From positions 1 to 35,551 of the forward strand of contig UYFQ01000544.1 in assembly GCA_900617105.1 (NCBI GenBank): 35,551 bases of DNA, written 5' to 3'. The translations under genes and the position numbers were made by a program. A model generated the notes under the pieces. The model was not told where the DNA came from, did no database searches, and saw only the letters and a list, made by a program, of their open reading frames with translations. This stretch comes from Hydrurus foetidus (Eukaryota). Shown piece after piece: positions 1-11,120 of the stretch (positions are counted from its first letter, which is position 1; each line of letters opens with the position of its first letter).

Positions 1-2288
1 GAGTCTGCGTTGGACAGCTCGAACTCATCTTCAGATCCATTATCACTCTTGATTGCAGGGTTCTGAAAGTTGAGGAAGGAATTTCAGAATCCTGGAATCC
101 ACGGCAATCGTTTTATCACTATAAACAATCGCTAAAATGTAAGACTAAATATTAAGAAGTCACCTTCTAGCGTTCGCAACAAAGGTGGAGAAGCAGATGC
201 AGGCTACTGCTCAATTCTAGTGAGCATCAAGTAGATAAGCTGTGAAGTACAACGTACTAAATTCTGATTAGAGTTTATACATAGCATCGTACGCAGTTAT
301 CTATCAGAACAGTTCATGACAATGAAACTACCATTGAGACAAAATTCACAGCGAAATGTGTTGTTCATAGCATGTGCCCAGGAACGTTGCATGAATGCTT
401 ATAGTAACGAAGTGTTTCCGCGATACTGAAGAATCATTTAACCGTGAACGTTCATTTGCGTGAGGTCAGGGTTCGTACTAACTGATACATGGCGATAGTA
501 CAGGGTACGTATGCGTGTATGTGGATATGAACATGACCTCTCAGCCCTCAATGTTCTGATCATCGAAAGCTTACAACAATCGTCATCGGCAGATCATACT
601 AGAAGTCAGCAAAGACGAAGACTGCTTTGCTCCCGATCTCAACGACTCTTTTTCGAGACTTCGTTTACCATGTGCGCTTTTTCCAGGCTGCGTGGTAGCT
701 TTTCTAACCTCATTTTTCTCGATGCCATAGTCAGTCGACTTTTCTAATCCTACCTTTTGACTTTCTATACAGTTTGAGGGCATTCCAAGCGCTGAAAAAG
801 CTGGGAATGATACCGTACTGCATCAAATTCCAGGTGAACGGCTCAAAAGAGGTTGGTCCGAACTTTTGATGAAGCTCGAGTCGTAGATTCCTCGTCGAGA
901 TTTTTGTTCACTATTTGTTATGCATCATGGAAAGTCGATCGAATTAACAGCTAGCATTTGCAGCTGATATGCTGATGTCGATTACCAGCTTTCTTTGGAT
1001 TCAGAAATCCTGAAATTGCTGTACGAATTGAAATCGACACTGCTTCATCTTCACCGTAGATTTCTGAGATGCTAGAATTCAACTTTTCTTATCACAGTAA
1101 TGTATCATATCGACTGAAAGATACAGAATCTATTCCTTCGCCTTAATTACTCGATTAGGTACGGTGAGGATATCGAGGAGGAGGTGGTGAGGATATCGAG
1201 GAGAGATAAATGGAGATGTAAATCCCGGTGATCAGTGATGAGTAATCACGCCTCTGGTCGCCGGGCAAATGTAAGAGAATCACAGGAAGTCGCATTCTCT
1301 ACAAAGTAGATAGAAGAACTATAGTCATAGCTCCTCATTGTCGAGGCTGCACGCGATGTGGATTTTTTAACGTTTTATCTGTTGTCACATTTCGGCCGCT
1401 CAGAAATACTCGAGAGATAGATTTTCTTGTCTAAATTAGAATAATAGGAATACGCAGTCCTCGTGCATTTAGTTGATGTTTTCATGCACTTGTAGTCATA
1501 AAGAACAATTCTACGCTAGACACAGCTATTGTCTTTTGCAAAAACTGATAGAGGATATCTTCGTCCGAGACATCTCGATGTGGCTACTTCAAACAGCATC
1601 ATCCTGCGCATCACTTTCGTCCGGCGTTTGCAGCACGGCGAGTCTATGCCTTGAGGCTTCTTGTTGTCTTTTCCTGAAGTTCATAAAGCAGTCGCAGGAA
1701 AAAATTTGAACGGAATAATATAGAATTTGTATCGGGGGATTTTGCGTTTGATTGCTGATAATGAATTTCGGGGGAGTGAAGCCTGTGACATTATTGTTGA
1801 ATGTTGTACATGCAGGATTATAATTTACCGTGTGGCAATTTGTGGCATCGCTCCATTCAGATGTCGACGGTCAGATAATCACCTATTTTTTGAGAAGGTA
1901 AAAAAAATTAGCCTCTCGAGCGCTGCTGCAGAAAATAAGTGGGTGATATGCAGATAGTCTGGAGGACATACAGATTGAATGGCTGCAGCAGGTGTCCACA
2001 GTTGTGCCAAATAAGAGAAATTCGGTGGAGTTGAGAAAATCAGTCGACGTAAACAGATAGTGAACAGATTGACGAACGCTTACATGAAAGGTTGCACACC
2101 CTGTGGTTTCTCGGACATTCTTGCGAAACGACAGTTCACTGTTGCAAGATAAAGCAGAAATTGAGCATTGTATTGGTATGCTTGGGGGCAGTTAACTACA
2201 GCGAGATATCAAATAGGAGGGGAAAGACTGTTCAGGATCGAAGTTGGGTATATGAGAGTTGAGTGAGGCGGCGGTGAGAAAAGTCTCA

Positions 2289-2318
2289 CATACGTCCCAT
2301 ACAAGAAAAAAATCCTCA
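2289..2318 (+). repeat. Left TIR of element 1
   Basis: catacgtcccatacaagaaaaaaatcctca; reverse complement of 5418-5447 at 26/30 positions. Confidence 0.9.
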
Positions 2319-2442
2319 CAATGTCGACTTTTCAGAAATCCTCGGGTCTAAACCTCGAGGATTTGAGAAATCCTCAAATTGGAGCCTCGGTTTCCCAGGT
2401 TACGATCCGAGGATTTCAGATGTCATCGTCGCCACCAAACGA

Positions 2443-3744
2443 ATGCTGCATTATCTGCAATATCATCATAATTTATTACATTACAGCAAGACGATGGACA
2501 TTTCGCCAATGACAACAGACACTGTGGTAGTAGACAATTCAGTAAGGGTAACAGCAGTGAAGTCCGCAACCACTGGGCAAGAACTATTCGACTGTTTGGA
2601 GGTTATTCCCACTGGAAGAGATGGCAAATCTCATGGATACACCTTTAATCGGTTCATCAAGGTTATGTTCAAGGAGGGAAAATTGCCTCCAGATTTCTCA
2701 TCCCAAAACTATGGATCGATGAAAGTTGGAGAGAAAGCTACACTTCATGCTTCTATAAGAAGTCTCTCCATAGAAGTTCACGGAAAGGATCTCTTCGATA
2801 AATTGAAGGATTCGATTCTATTTTCATATGACGTGTTCCCGACTGCGGTCCATGTATCCGAACCTACTGAAGGAGTAATGGTCAACCGTTGGGCCTTGAT
2901 GGCTGAGTTCATGATTCATCCATCCGCCCTTGATGCGCTGGAGAATTATCATAGGAAGATTCCCCAAGATGGCAAGAACTTGTTACTGACGGATGGTATG
3001 AAAGCTCATAGAAGAAGTCAAGTAGCAGGCTTAATGAAAATCTGCGTCGAGGATGTCGCTCCCAACGTCACCAACCTATTTGGGGATAAATGGCCAGCGC
3101 TAGCTAACATCCATCCAGAGAAGGGGACCTTCACAGATGTGGAACAGTTTTCGGCTCTTCTCACGGAAACAAAAAATGCATTCGATATTCTGAAAGCGAA
3201 CCTAGATAAATCTGGTACCCAGGAGAGCGGTGAAATAGCTGATAGTACAGCTCTTGAGTTTTGCAAATATAACCAGAGGACCTGCAAACTGAATCACTTC
3301 TACTTATGGCTGTCTTGGAGTGGCAAGGATCTCAACTACTTGTCAAATAATCTCCTAGAAGGAGTAGCAACAGGAGGGGGTGAACCGGCGGCCCCATATT
3401 GTCGCGTTACTGCATCGTCGAATGCATCGGTTGGTTCGTCAGTGAAATTGAGTGCTGCAGAAAGAAAATCCGCGAAGTGGAACCACCTGGAGAAAGTTGC
3501 AATTACGATCAGTGAGGTCATCAAGTCTAGTCTTCAATCAATGAATCCTACCTCACCGGTTGCACTATCAAGCAAGCGTTCCGAAGCATACCTAAGTAGA
3601 GAAGCAGAACAGACTCTGAACTTAAAGCTCAAGCGTCAGCGAGAGGCAATTGAAGCACCATCCTTTGACCAACTGTCACCGTGGCTACAGAGAAAGTTAA
3701 AAACAAGTTACGCGAATACATTAAATCTTTGTAATGATTTTTGA
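2443..3744 (+). CDS. Accessory (ORF2) protein of Harbinger element 1, no domain recognised
   Basis: Uninterrupted 433-aa ORF inside the TIRs, tail-to-tail with the transposase, in the position of the Harbinger partner gene. The start could be a downstream ATG. Confidence 0.7.
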   Translation: MLHYLQYHHNLLHYSKTMDISPMTTDTVVVDNSVRVTAVKSATTGQELFDCLEVIPTGRDGKSHGYTFNRFIKVMFKEGKLPPDFSSQNYGSMKVGEKATLHASIRSLSIEVHGKDLFDKLKDSILFSYDVFPTAVHVSEPTEGVMVNRWALMAEFMIHPSALDALENYHRKIPQDGKNLLLTDGMKAHRRSQVAGLMKICVEDVAPNVTNLFGDKWPALANIHPEKGTFTDVEQFSALLTETKNAFDILKANLDKSGTQESGEIADSTALEFCKYNQRTCKLNHFYLWLSWSGKDLNYLSNNLLEGVATGGGEPAAPYCRVTASSNASVGSSVKLSAAERKSAKWNHLEKVAITISEVIKSSLQSMNPTSPVALSSKRSEAYLSREAEQTLNLKLKRQREAIEAPSFDQLSPWLQRKLKTSYANTLNLCNDF

Positions 3745-3782
3745 ATTAATTTACTGTAATAAATGTAAATTTAAATCAAACA

Positions 3783-5189
3783 CTAGAAATCAGGAGAGTC
3801 TTCTCCTATAGTCGGTAAGCCAATAAGATCGTCAGAGGAAGTGATTCTTAGACCCGTATCCCAGATCATGTTCATCATGGTTATTCTTAAATCAGATTTC
3901 GCTGCCCTCACCCCAATCCCTAAGTATCTGTTGCCTAATCTTTCCATAACCTCATCATCGTCTGGTCGAATTGCATCATCGATATTCATCTGATCAGGAA
4001 CAATCTCCAATACAGTAGCTACATCTACGCCCCCTTTTTTGCCTTCAATTAACCATCTATCAACACATATATTATGTAATTTAGCACATCATTGAATCAT
4101 CAAAGAAACATTTTTCAATCTACCACTGTTAGCACTCCACAGTATGCCCCATCTTCTTACTAGCTGTCCGAATGCTCTCTCGATAGTAATACGTTGGGAA
4201 GAAAGTGTATGATTAAAAGATCTCATCTTATAGTACAAAATCTTGCCAGGGTCAGCCATCAAAAATGCTTTCTTTAGTTGATGACTCGTAAACGGTGTGA
4301 GGTGACAGCCACCTACACTGCTATACGCCTCATCTAAAACAAAAGATACCCAATCCGGAATCGATGTGTCAAGCAGTCTATTGGTCGAATTCTTGTGAAG
4401 TGATGTCTGTTTGTAGGCTGTAATGTCATTAGTGGCACCAGGCCAGCCGACCCTAAAGTACCAGAAGTTGGTGTGTGCTCCACAAAACGCTTGTACCAGT
4501 AGAGCAAAAAATCCTTTCCGGTTCATGTAGTTTTTCGATGGGCGTCCTTCAAGGTCAGCTTTGACAGGTTCTGTTATTGGAACGACAAAGCCATCACCTG
4601 CCCCGCATATTCCTCCAAGTAGATCGTCACCCATAGACCCGTGTTTATCTGTGAGGACTGTTCGAAATTTCTCACTTTCATTTCTCCACTCTGCATCTGT
4701 ACACGGTATTTTAATGTTGTCCACTGCAGTATTGATTGCGAGAAGACAATCTCTAACATATTCGTGCACGTGATCGACGCTCACCCTGTACCATATCATG
4801 TCGAGATATTTCGCACCAGCGAGTATCCTCAAGGTTATCATCAAACGGAGCTCAGGACATAACGGCGTTCCAGAGCTGTTACGCGCCAGTCGTGCGTTTC
4901 TCTCGATCATAGGTGATATCTTCATCAGTAAATTTCCGAAATCCTCACGACAGAGTCTGAATTGTCGCCTAAACATATCATTATCCCAGGACCTCACGTA
5001 TTGTAACGCCTCAGGTCGGCTGTTGTGACAGTTCCCAACTCTAGGGGGCTCTAGTGGAATGGTCGCAAACGCCAAAATTGTTCCTATCACAATAGCTACC
5101 AGAGTTCTCTCAAATTTTGCTCGCTTCTGGACTTTGTCATTTTCATCCTCGAGTTCCAAGTCGTCGTCAACGAAATCGGCATTATCCAT
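3783..5189 (-). pseudogene. Harbinger/HARBI1-like DDE transposase (DDE_Tnp_4 type) with one in-frame TGA
   Basis: Motifs FRRQFRL, LMITLRILAGAKYLD, GAGDG, NRKGFFALLVQA, PGATND, VLDEAY, RITIERAFGQLVRRWGIL. TGA at 4089-4091 is followed in the same frame by CAKLHNMCVDRW...DSPDF* ending at 3783. ATG at 5189. Confidence 0.88.
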
Positions 5190-5417
5190 GTATCTGACGG
5201 TTAACAAATCGACAGATGGTGATGTAGAATGTTGTGCACTTGTTGTCAACAATTCTACTGTTTGTATTGTACAGGGTGCTCAACTGGTGTTGTATGATGA
5301 CATCTCTTGTCAGAGGTGACTTACTGTCTGGCGACCTCGACCCACCAAAATTTTGTATGTTGTCGTTTTGAGGAATCCTCAAACGTTGTCATTTGAGGAT
5401 CTGAGGATTTGAGGATC

Positions 5418-5447
5418 TGAGGATTTCCATCTTGTGTGGGACGTATG
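5418..5447 (-). repeat. Right TIR of element 1, overlapping a 4x 8-bp TGAGGAT(C/T) tandem (5394-5426)
   Basis: Inverted match to 2289-2318, followed by TSD TCA. Confidence 0.9.
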
Positions 5448-5484
5448 TCAGTGGGAGGGGAGGGTTCCAAGTGCCCCCTCTCTC

Positions 5485-5850
5485 TGTCGGAATAACTGTG
5501 TGATAAGTAACCGTATAAGTTATTACGTATGTACATTTAATGACATTTCGTACGTCGTGTGCCACGTGGAGGTCGCTACTCCACCGGTCCAAGTTCTTTT
5601 TCCACATCCAGGAACATTAAAAATGAAAGTACACCATGTTTGACTGTGCGGGACAGATCGAATTTCTCGGCTGTCTCCATGAACGATGTAAGCTACGTTG
5701 CATTGTTAATTACTTTAAACTCCAAACCAAACCCACTTTCGCCTTGAGCCCGGGAAAGTGACCAGAAGCCAGGTTGAAGTTGCAGAAGGAGAGCGGACCC
5801 AGGAAGGATATAGTTGCCCATTCAGTGGAACTAAAGCGTGGACTCCGACA
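5485..5850 (+). repeat. 5' LTR (TGTCGGA...TCCGACA)
   Basis: TG...CA ends with a 7-bp terminal inverted repeat; direct repeat of 11489-11854. Confidence 0.96.
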
Positions 5851-5861
5851 TAATTAACAAT
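5851..5861 (+). promoter_or_regulatory. Non-tRNA primer-binding site, candidate self-priming PBS
   Basis: TAATTAACAAT abuts the 5' LTR, lacks the TGG of a tRNA PBS, and is the exact reverse complement of LTR 5702-5712 ATTGTTAATTA. Confidence 0.65.
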
Positions 5862-5875
5862 TGCACTTTCATCCT

Positions 5876-6986
5876 ATGAAAGGAAAAGTTGCAGACAAGA
5901 AACCTTCTGGCAAGGGCGGCCCTGCCAACGGCGGCAGAGGCAATGCCGGCCGTGGAGGCTTCAAGCCTCCACCCCGAACAGGAACGGTAGCGGCCATAGG
6001 CGCGTTCCTGGATTTGGGGAAGAAATGAACCATGTAGCGTAAGCGCATGGATGAGAAAATTTAGAGAGTATACGCGGACCAACTATAAATCAGACATTTG
6101 TGACATATTTGGAAACGAAGGCATACCGGGAGAATATCCCGTCCTAGTGGCTCCTGCCGATATAGCGGAGGACGCGAACTTCATGCAAATTGCAAGATGG
6201 AAGAAAACACTGGACCTCTACGACAAGAAAATGATCGAACTAGAGACCGACAAGAAGCAGGTTTTCGGCCTGATGCTAGGTCAGATAAGCGAGACGTCTA
6301 AGGCGACTATCCGCGAAACTGAACCGGGCCTGGCCGCGATCACAGCGGAGAACCCGCTATTATTCATGAGAGCCATCATACTCACCCACCTGTCCGACCC
6401 GAAGCTGGGAGCAGACGAGAACCTACTACGGGTAAGGATGGCCTATGAGACCGTAAGAATGGAGCCCAACGATGTCCTTAAGTACTACTACCAGCGCTTC
6501 AAAGCCCTGAAGACTGGATACGATGACACCAAACGGGTCCTAGGGATCGAGCCGGTGTATACACCGGCCATGACCATACACGAGAATCTTCTCACGGGTA
6601 TGAAGTTCATGAAGGGACTCAACTCGGGGTACAAACAATTCGTAGAATACTACGAGCATGGGATCAAGGACTGGCCAGATTCGCTAGATGAAGCGTACTT
6701 AGAGATGGCTAAGGTGACTCCCAGAAAACCGGCCGGAACGGGCCCACCTAATCAATCTAATATCTTTGCAGTGAAAACAGCTGGAGGAGAAAAATCAGTA
6801 GGTAGAGAGAAGGGAAAGTCAACTGGGGATGCGGGAAAAGGGAAGGGTGCACGTCCGGGATACGGCACCCGACCCGGGATCTGTAATTCATGTAAGGAAC
6901 CGGGACACTATGCATATGAGTGCACTGCCCAGGAGAGCCAATCGGCTGCATCAGCAGCCAGTGGACACTCGAAATCGGTAAACTAA
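5876..6986 (+). CDS. gag: Copia Gag with C-terminal CCHC zinc knuckle (frameshift near 6020)
   Basis: Zinc knuckle CNSCKEPGHYAYEC. The ATG 5876 frame (MKGKVADKKPSGKGG...) shifts near 6015-6025 into the 6051-6986 ORF. Confidence 0.82.
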
Positions 6987-7068
6987 ACACATTACATTAT
7001 TCCTCACCCACATACGCACCCCACACACACACACACCCGTACATGCACTTACCCCCACCGGTCCACGT

Positions 7069-7506
7069 TTGGCTGACTCCACTAGCGGGGTTGAATCGTG
7101 CGACCGTATTGTATTTAGTGCAAACACTTGTAATATATACAACGCAATTAAAACAAGACACATACTGCTTGATACTTGTGCTGGTGAGTCGGTATTCAAC
7201 GACTCATCCCTGTTATACAATGTAAAATCTGCCACCACTCCCATGATTGTTAGCGGGGTGAATCCGAAAGGAAAACCGCTAATAGTCAAGGAGCGTGGCG
7301 AATCAGCGTTCGGCAATGTATATTATAGCCCTGACTGTGCTGGTAACATACTGTCTTTCGGTAATGCTGTACGTGACTGTACTGATGTTATGTACTTACA
7401 TGACCATGACTGTTACATAGTGCAGGATGTCACTGGTAACTATTTCTACAGATTCTCACGAGATGAATCTATGAATATATACCATGCAACCTTGACACTA
7501 TGGTGA
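7069..7506 (+). CDS. pol: Copia aspartic protease segment of pol (frameshifted relative to IN-RT-RH)
   Basis: ILLDTCAGESVF active-site motif and GNILSFG. The frame is open from 6982. Confidence 0.8.
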   Translation: MADSTSGVESCDRIVFSANTCNIYNAIKTRHILLDTCAGESVFNDSSLLYNVKSATTPMIVSGVNPKGKPLIVKERGESAFGNVYYSPDCAGNILSFGNAVRDCTDVMYLHDHDCYIVQDVTGNYFYRFSRDESMNIYHATLTLW

Positions 7507-10500
7507 CTAAATGCATGCCACTATTAGTTACAACCGTAGAAGAGAAAAAGAAGAAGTATACAGTTAGAGAGGTCAGAGACGCTTCGCTAGCTAGAGACTA
7601 TCAGCGTAGGCTAGGTTACGCTAGCGCAGCACAAACTATCAAGTTGATATCCCAAGGGAATTTGACTAACAGTAAAGTGACTGCGCGAGACGTACACCGA
7701 GCAGTAGACATATGGGGACCAGACATTGGATCCCTAAAGGGTAAAACTACTAGCCACCAAGCTAAGCTAGAAGAGAAGTTACCTCTTATAGGCACAGAGT
7801 ATAAGACAGAACAGATCATGTACATTGATATAATGTTTGTCAACCAAATACCTTACCTAGTATCAGTTGTACAGCCTATTGAATTCCTGTTTGTTAGCAA
7901 GCTAGCCAAGAGAGATCACAAAACACTATGGAACAGTCTAAAGACAGCCATAGCAGGCATGACTAAGTATCACTTTAAGATTAAGATGATAAGAGTAGAC
8001 GGTGAAGGCGCCATAAACACCGAATGGTTCCACAACAAAGTCAGTCTCAGAGGTATCATTTTAGATGTTACCGGAGCCGGGGAAGCCGTAGCCGTAGTGG
8101 AGCGTAAGATTAGACATATCAAAGAGAGAGTCAGATCCGTTATTAACACGCTGCCATTTGAATTAAGCGAGAAACTTGAAGTGTGGTTAGTTAAGTATGC
8201 AGTCAGTAGAATTGTATTAGCTCCCACACGTAACTCTATAGATCACATCAGCCCACGAGAGAAACTCAGCGGTAGAAAGATTGATGTAGATAAAGAGATT
8301 AAGCATGGTTTTGGTGATTATGTCCAAGTGCACAATGATGTTATTGACAACTCTACCAAACCAAGAACAGCCGGGGCCATAGCACTTATGAGCTCCGGCA
8401 ATCTAGAAGGTTCATGGTACTACATGCTGTTAGCAAATGAACAAATTGTTAAACGTACAAAAGCAACCGTACTACCCATGCCTAACGAAGTTGTGTTACA
8501 CTTAAACAGTCTGGCAGCGAATAGAAAAACTGCCAATGTTAAACAACCTGTATTCGAGAATAGCCACACCGTATTCGATGATGATGATGATGTTGACGAT
8601 GACCCTGAATACATTGGTGACATTGAGTATGATACCATTGACGAATCTGCTGACGCAGAAGAAACCGATGAAATCACTGAAGACAACCAACACGTTGACA
8701 ATGACACATACCCTGAGCCACAACAATATATGTACGATGAAAACAACCCACCGACATTAGATGAGTATGTAGATGACACACTATATATGAACGACACCAC
8801 TCATACTAATGACGAACTATATTACGATAACCACACACATGATGATTCGAATCAATACGAAACACATGAGCGTTCACCCAGATACGATCAAGCACTAATT
8901 GATGATATATTTGGAATAAGTGATGATGAAAATGACTTTGACGATGTAACTGCGCAACCCGAAGTATTCTCACCACCTTCAGTAATAGAAACAGAATATG
9001 ATTTACCAGACAGTGTTTCACCTTTGTTGCGTAGAAGTGGTAGAAACCACCAACTAGGTAAATGGAATAGGAAATATGTTGGTAGCATGTTTTATAAAAA
9101 CACATCCTTATATAAGATGACTGTTAGTGAAGGAATTAATAAGTTAGGGGTGCTAGCTGTTGATTCCATTACATCCGAATTAAAACAAATGTGCGACAAG
9201 GATGTATGGGAAGGTGTAACTTATGAATCACTTACCCCTAAACAAAAACGCACCATCATACCGAGTAGCATGTTTCTAAAAGAAAAGTACACGGCTGATG
9301 GTATGTTTGAAAAACTGAAATCTAGACTAGTAGCCGGTGGGCACCTACAAGATAGAGATGTTTATAACAACGGTGCATCCCCTACTGCTAGCACATCCAG
9401 CGTATTTATACTAACTGCGATTGCTGCTAAACAGAACCGTGCTATTGCCACTGTTGATTTCCCTGGTGCATTTCTGAATAGCGATATGCCGCTGACCGGT
9501 GACCATGTTGTATACATGCGATTAAATAAACAACTGACTGCTGCACTAATACAAATAGACGCAACATATAACAAATACATAAATAAGAATGGAACATGTA
9601 TTGTGAAACTAAAGAAAGCTTTATATGGATGTGTAGAATCTGCTAAGCTATGGTATGACAAACTATCCAGCGATTTGAATAAACTCAATTATACTGCAAA
9701 CGAATACGACATCTGCGTATTCAATAGAACTGAAACTGATAACACACAAACCTCATTAGTAATTCATGTTGACGACATGATTATTACTGCTTCAACCGAA
9801 TCCTGCGTGGATGAGGTCATAAAGCAGATTGAAACTATATACCCCGGTCTAACCAAACACCGCGGCAAAGTATTAAATTACATAGGTATGACCTTCGACT
9901 TCAATAACGAAGGAGTAGTCAAGATGACGATGGAAGGGTTTGTAAAAGATCTCATTGAGGGGTGCACGGACATGCCGGGCACGGCTACCACTCCTGCACG
10001 ACCCAATCTGTTTGCTATACCTGATGAATCTAACCCATTATTACCTGATGACTTGCGTGAGCGTTTCCACTCCATTACAGCCAAGCTACTGTACCTGAGT
10101 AAGAGGACTAGGCCGGACATTCTCACGGCTGTAGCATTCCTCACCAAGCGGGTGCTGAAGCCCCAAAGGGATGACTACGACAAGCTGTCCCGTACGATCC
10201 AGTACATACGGGGTACCCAGCACATGGGTATTACATTTGAAGTACATGAACCTATCCATGTTACTGCATATATCGACGCATCCTTTGCCATACACCCCGA
10301 CATGAAAAGCCACACAGGTAGCGTGGTCACATTGGGGAAGGGGGCAATTTATGCCAAGAGCGGGACACAGCGCCTGATGACCAAGTCCAGCACAGAGGCT
10401 GAGCTAGTCGCACTCAGCGACGCCGCCAACCAAGTGCTATGGACCAGGAACTTCCTGGAGAGCCAAGGACACCCACAGCCTCCCGCACTAGTGTACCAGG

Positions 10501-10694
10501 ACAACCAGTCCACGATACAGTTAATTCGTAACGGTCGTTCTAATAGTGAACGTACACGTCACGTCGACATACGGTATTTTTTCCTGCACGACAGGATTAC
10601 CACAGGCGATATCGACATTGTCTACTTACCCACTACTGACATGATCGCAGATATCCTAACCAAGCCATTGCAGGGGAGCTATTTAGGAAGCTGA
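7500..10694 (+). CDS. pol: Copia Pol: integrase, reverse transcriptase, RNase H
   Basis: IN: IDIMFVN / RVDGE / VERKIR. RT: KSRLVAGG, VDFPGAFLN, LKKALYG, IHVDD. RH: YIDASFA, SSTEAEL, YQDNQS, ADILTKPLQG. The likely original end (ELFRKLRKQLL) lies in a shifted frame after the G-run at ~10673. Confidence 0.95.
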   Translation: MVTKCMPLLVTTVEEKKKKYTVREVRDASLARDYQRRLGYASAAQTIKLISQGNLTNSKVTARDVHRAVDIWGPDIGSLKGKTTSHQAKLEEKLPLIGTEYKTEQIMYIDIMFVNQIPYLVSVVQPIEFLFVSKLAKRDHKTLWNSLKTAIAGMTKYHFKIKMIRVDGEGAINTEWFHNKVSLRGIILDVTGAGEAVAVVERKIRHIKERVRSVINTLPFELSEKLEVWLVKYAVSRIVLAPTRNSIDHISPREKLSGRKIDVDKEIKHGFGDYVQVHNDVIDNSTKPRTAGAIALMSSGNLEGSWYYMLLANEQIVKRTKATVLPMPNEVVLHLNSLAANRKTANVKQPVFENSHTVFDDDDDVDDDPEYIGDIEYDTIDESADAEETDEITEDNQHVDNDTYPEPQQYMYDENNPPTLDEYVDDTLYMNDTTHTNDELYYDNHTHDDSNQYETHERSPRYDQALIDDIFGISDDENDFDDVTAQPEVFSPPSVIETEYDLPDSVSPLLRRSGRNHQLGKWNRKYVGSMFYKNTSLYKMTVSEGINKLGVLAVDSITSELKQMCDKDVWEGVTYESLTPKQKRTIIPSSMFLKEKYTADGMFEKLKSRLVAGGHLQDRDVYNNGASPTASTSSVFILTAIAAKQNRAIATVDFPGAFLNSDMPLTGDHVVYMRLNKQLTAALIQIDATYNKYINKNGTCIVKLKKALYGCVESAKLWYDKLSSDLNKLNYTANEYDICVFNRTETDNTQTSLVIHVDDMIITASTESCVDEVIKQIETIYPGLTKHRGKVLNYIGMTFDFNNEGVVKMTMEGFVKDLIEGCTDMPGTATTPARPNLFAIPDESNPLLPDDLRERFHSITAKLLYLSKRTRPDILTAVAFLTKRVLKPQRDDYDKLSRTIQYIRGTQHMGITFEVHEPIHVTAYIDASFAIHPDMKSHTGSVVTLGKGAIYAKSGTQRLMTKSSTEAELVALSDAANQVLWTRNFLESQGHPQPPALVYQDNQSTIQLIRNGRSNSERTRHVDIRYFFLHDRITTGDIDIVYLPTTDMIADILTKPLQGSYLGS

Positions 10695-10845
10695 GGAAGC
10701 AGCTACTCAACATCCCCCCTCTCCATTACCTATGCAGAAGGCTGCAAGACTGAGGATCACGTGGACCCACCACCTACTCCCACGCGGCAAAAGACCAACC
10801 CACACTTCCGATACCCATCTGGGAAGAAGACTTGATGCCAGCGAC

Positions 10846-11120
10846 GAAGACACCAAGACTACATCACTCCCTACTGCCCCCCTCCATCATACCCTACTAA
10901 ACCACCGCTGTCCGCTTCAGCCGAAGACTGATTCAGAAGACCCCAAGACTCCGTCATTCCTGCTGCCCCCCTCCATCCATTCCTACTACCCCATCAGTGC
11001 GCATCATGACAAAGACCCCAAGACTCCATCTGTTCCTCCTACCCCCCTCCGTCATTTTCCTACTGCCCCGTCAAGTGAGAATCGAAACCAAGACCCAAAC
11101 ACTCAAGACCCCAAGAAAAC
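10846..11120 (+). repeat. Degenerate C-rich tandem repeat (~75-90 bp units) in the copia 3' untranslated region
   Basis: Recurring AAGAC(C/A)CCAAGACT...CT(A/G)C(T/C)(G/C)CCCCCTCC(A/G)TC units at ~10847, ~10937, ~11012, partial ~11089-11115. Confidence 0.6.

Larger units (their letters stand above)
2289..5447. mobile_element. PIF/Harbinger-type DNA transposon (element 1), two convergent ORFs
   Basis: 30-bp TIRs matching 26/30 (CATACGTCCCA(T/C)ACAAG...AAATCCTCA). 3-bp TSD TCA at 2286-2288 and 5448-5450. Contains a HARBI1-like DDE transposase (-) and a second ORF (+). Subterminal GAGGATT/AATCCTC motifs at both ends. Confidence 0.92.

Noticed and set aside
1163..1203. 18-bp direct repeat GGTGAGGATATCGAGGAG x2
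   Set aside because: Simple local duplication with no associated structure
1..2285. Short ORFs and possible minus-strand exons (e.g. 583-783 and an acidic stretch at 1-63)
   Set aside because: I could not build a consistent spliced model or recognise a domain. A host gene may exist but is not supported from sequence alone.
6015..10680. Copia frameshifts at ~6020, ~7495 and ~10673 as programmed recoding
   Set aside because: They fall inside coding regions, two at G-runs, so they are more likely sequencing/consensus errors or recent decay
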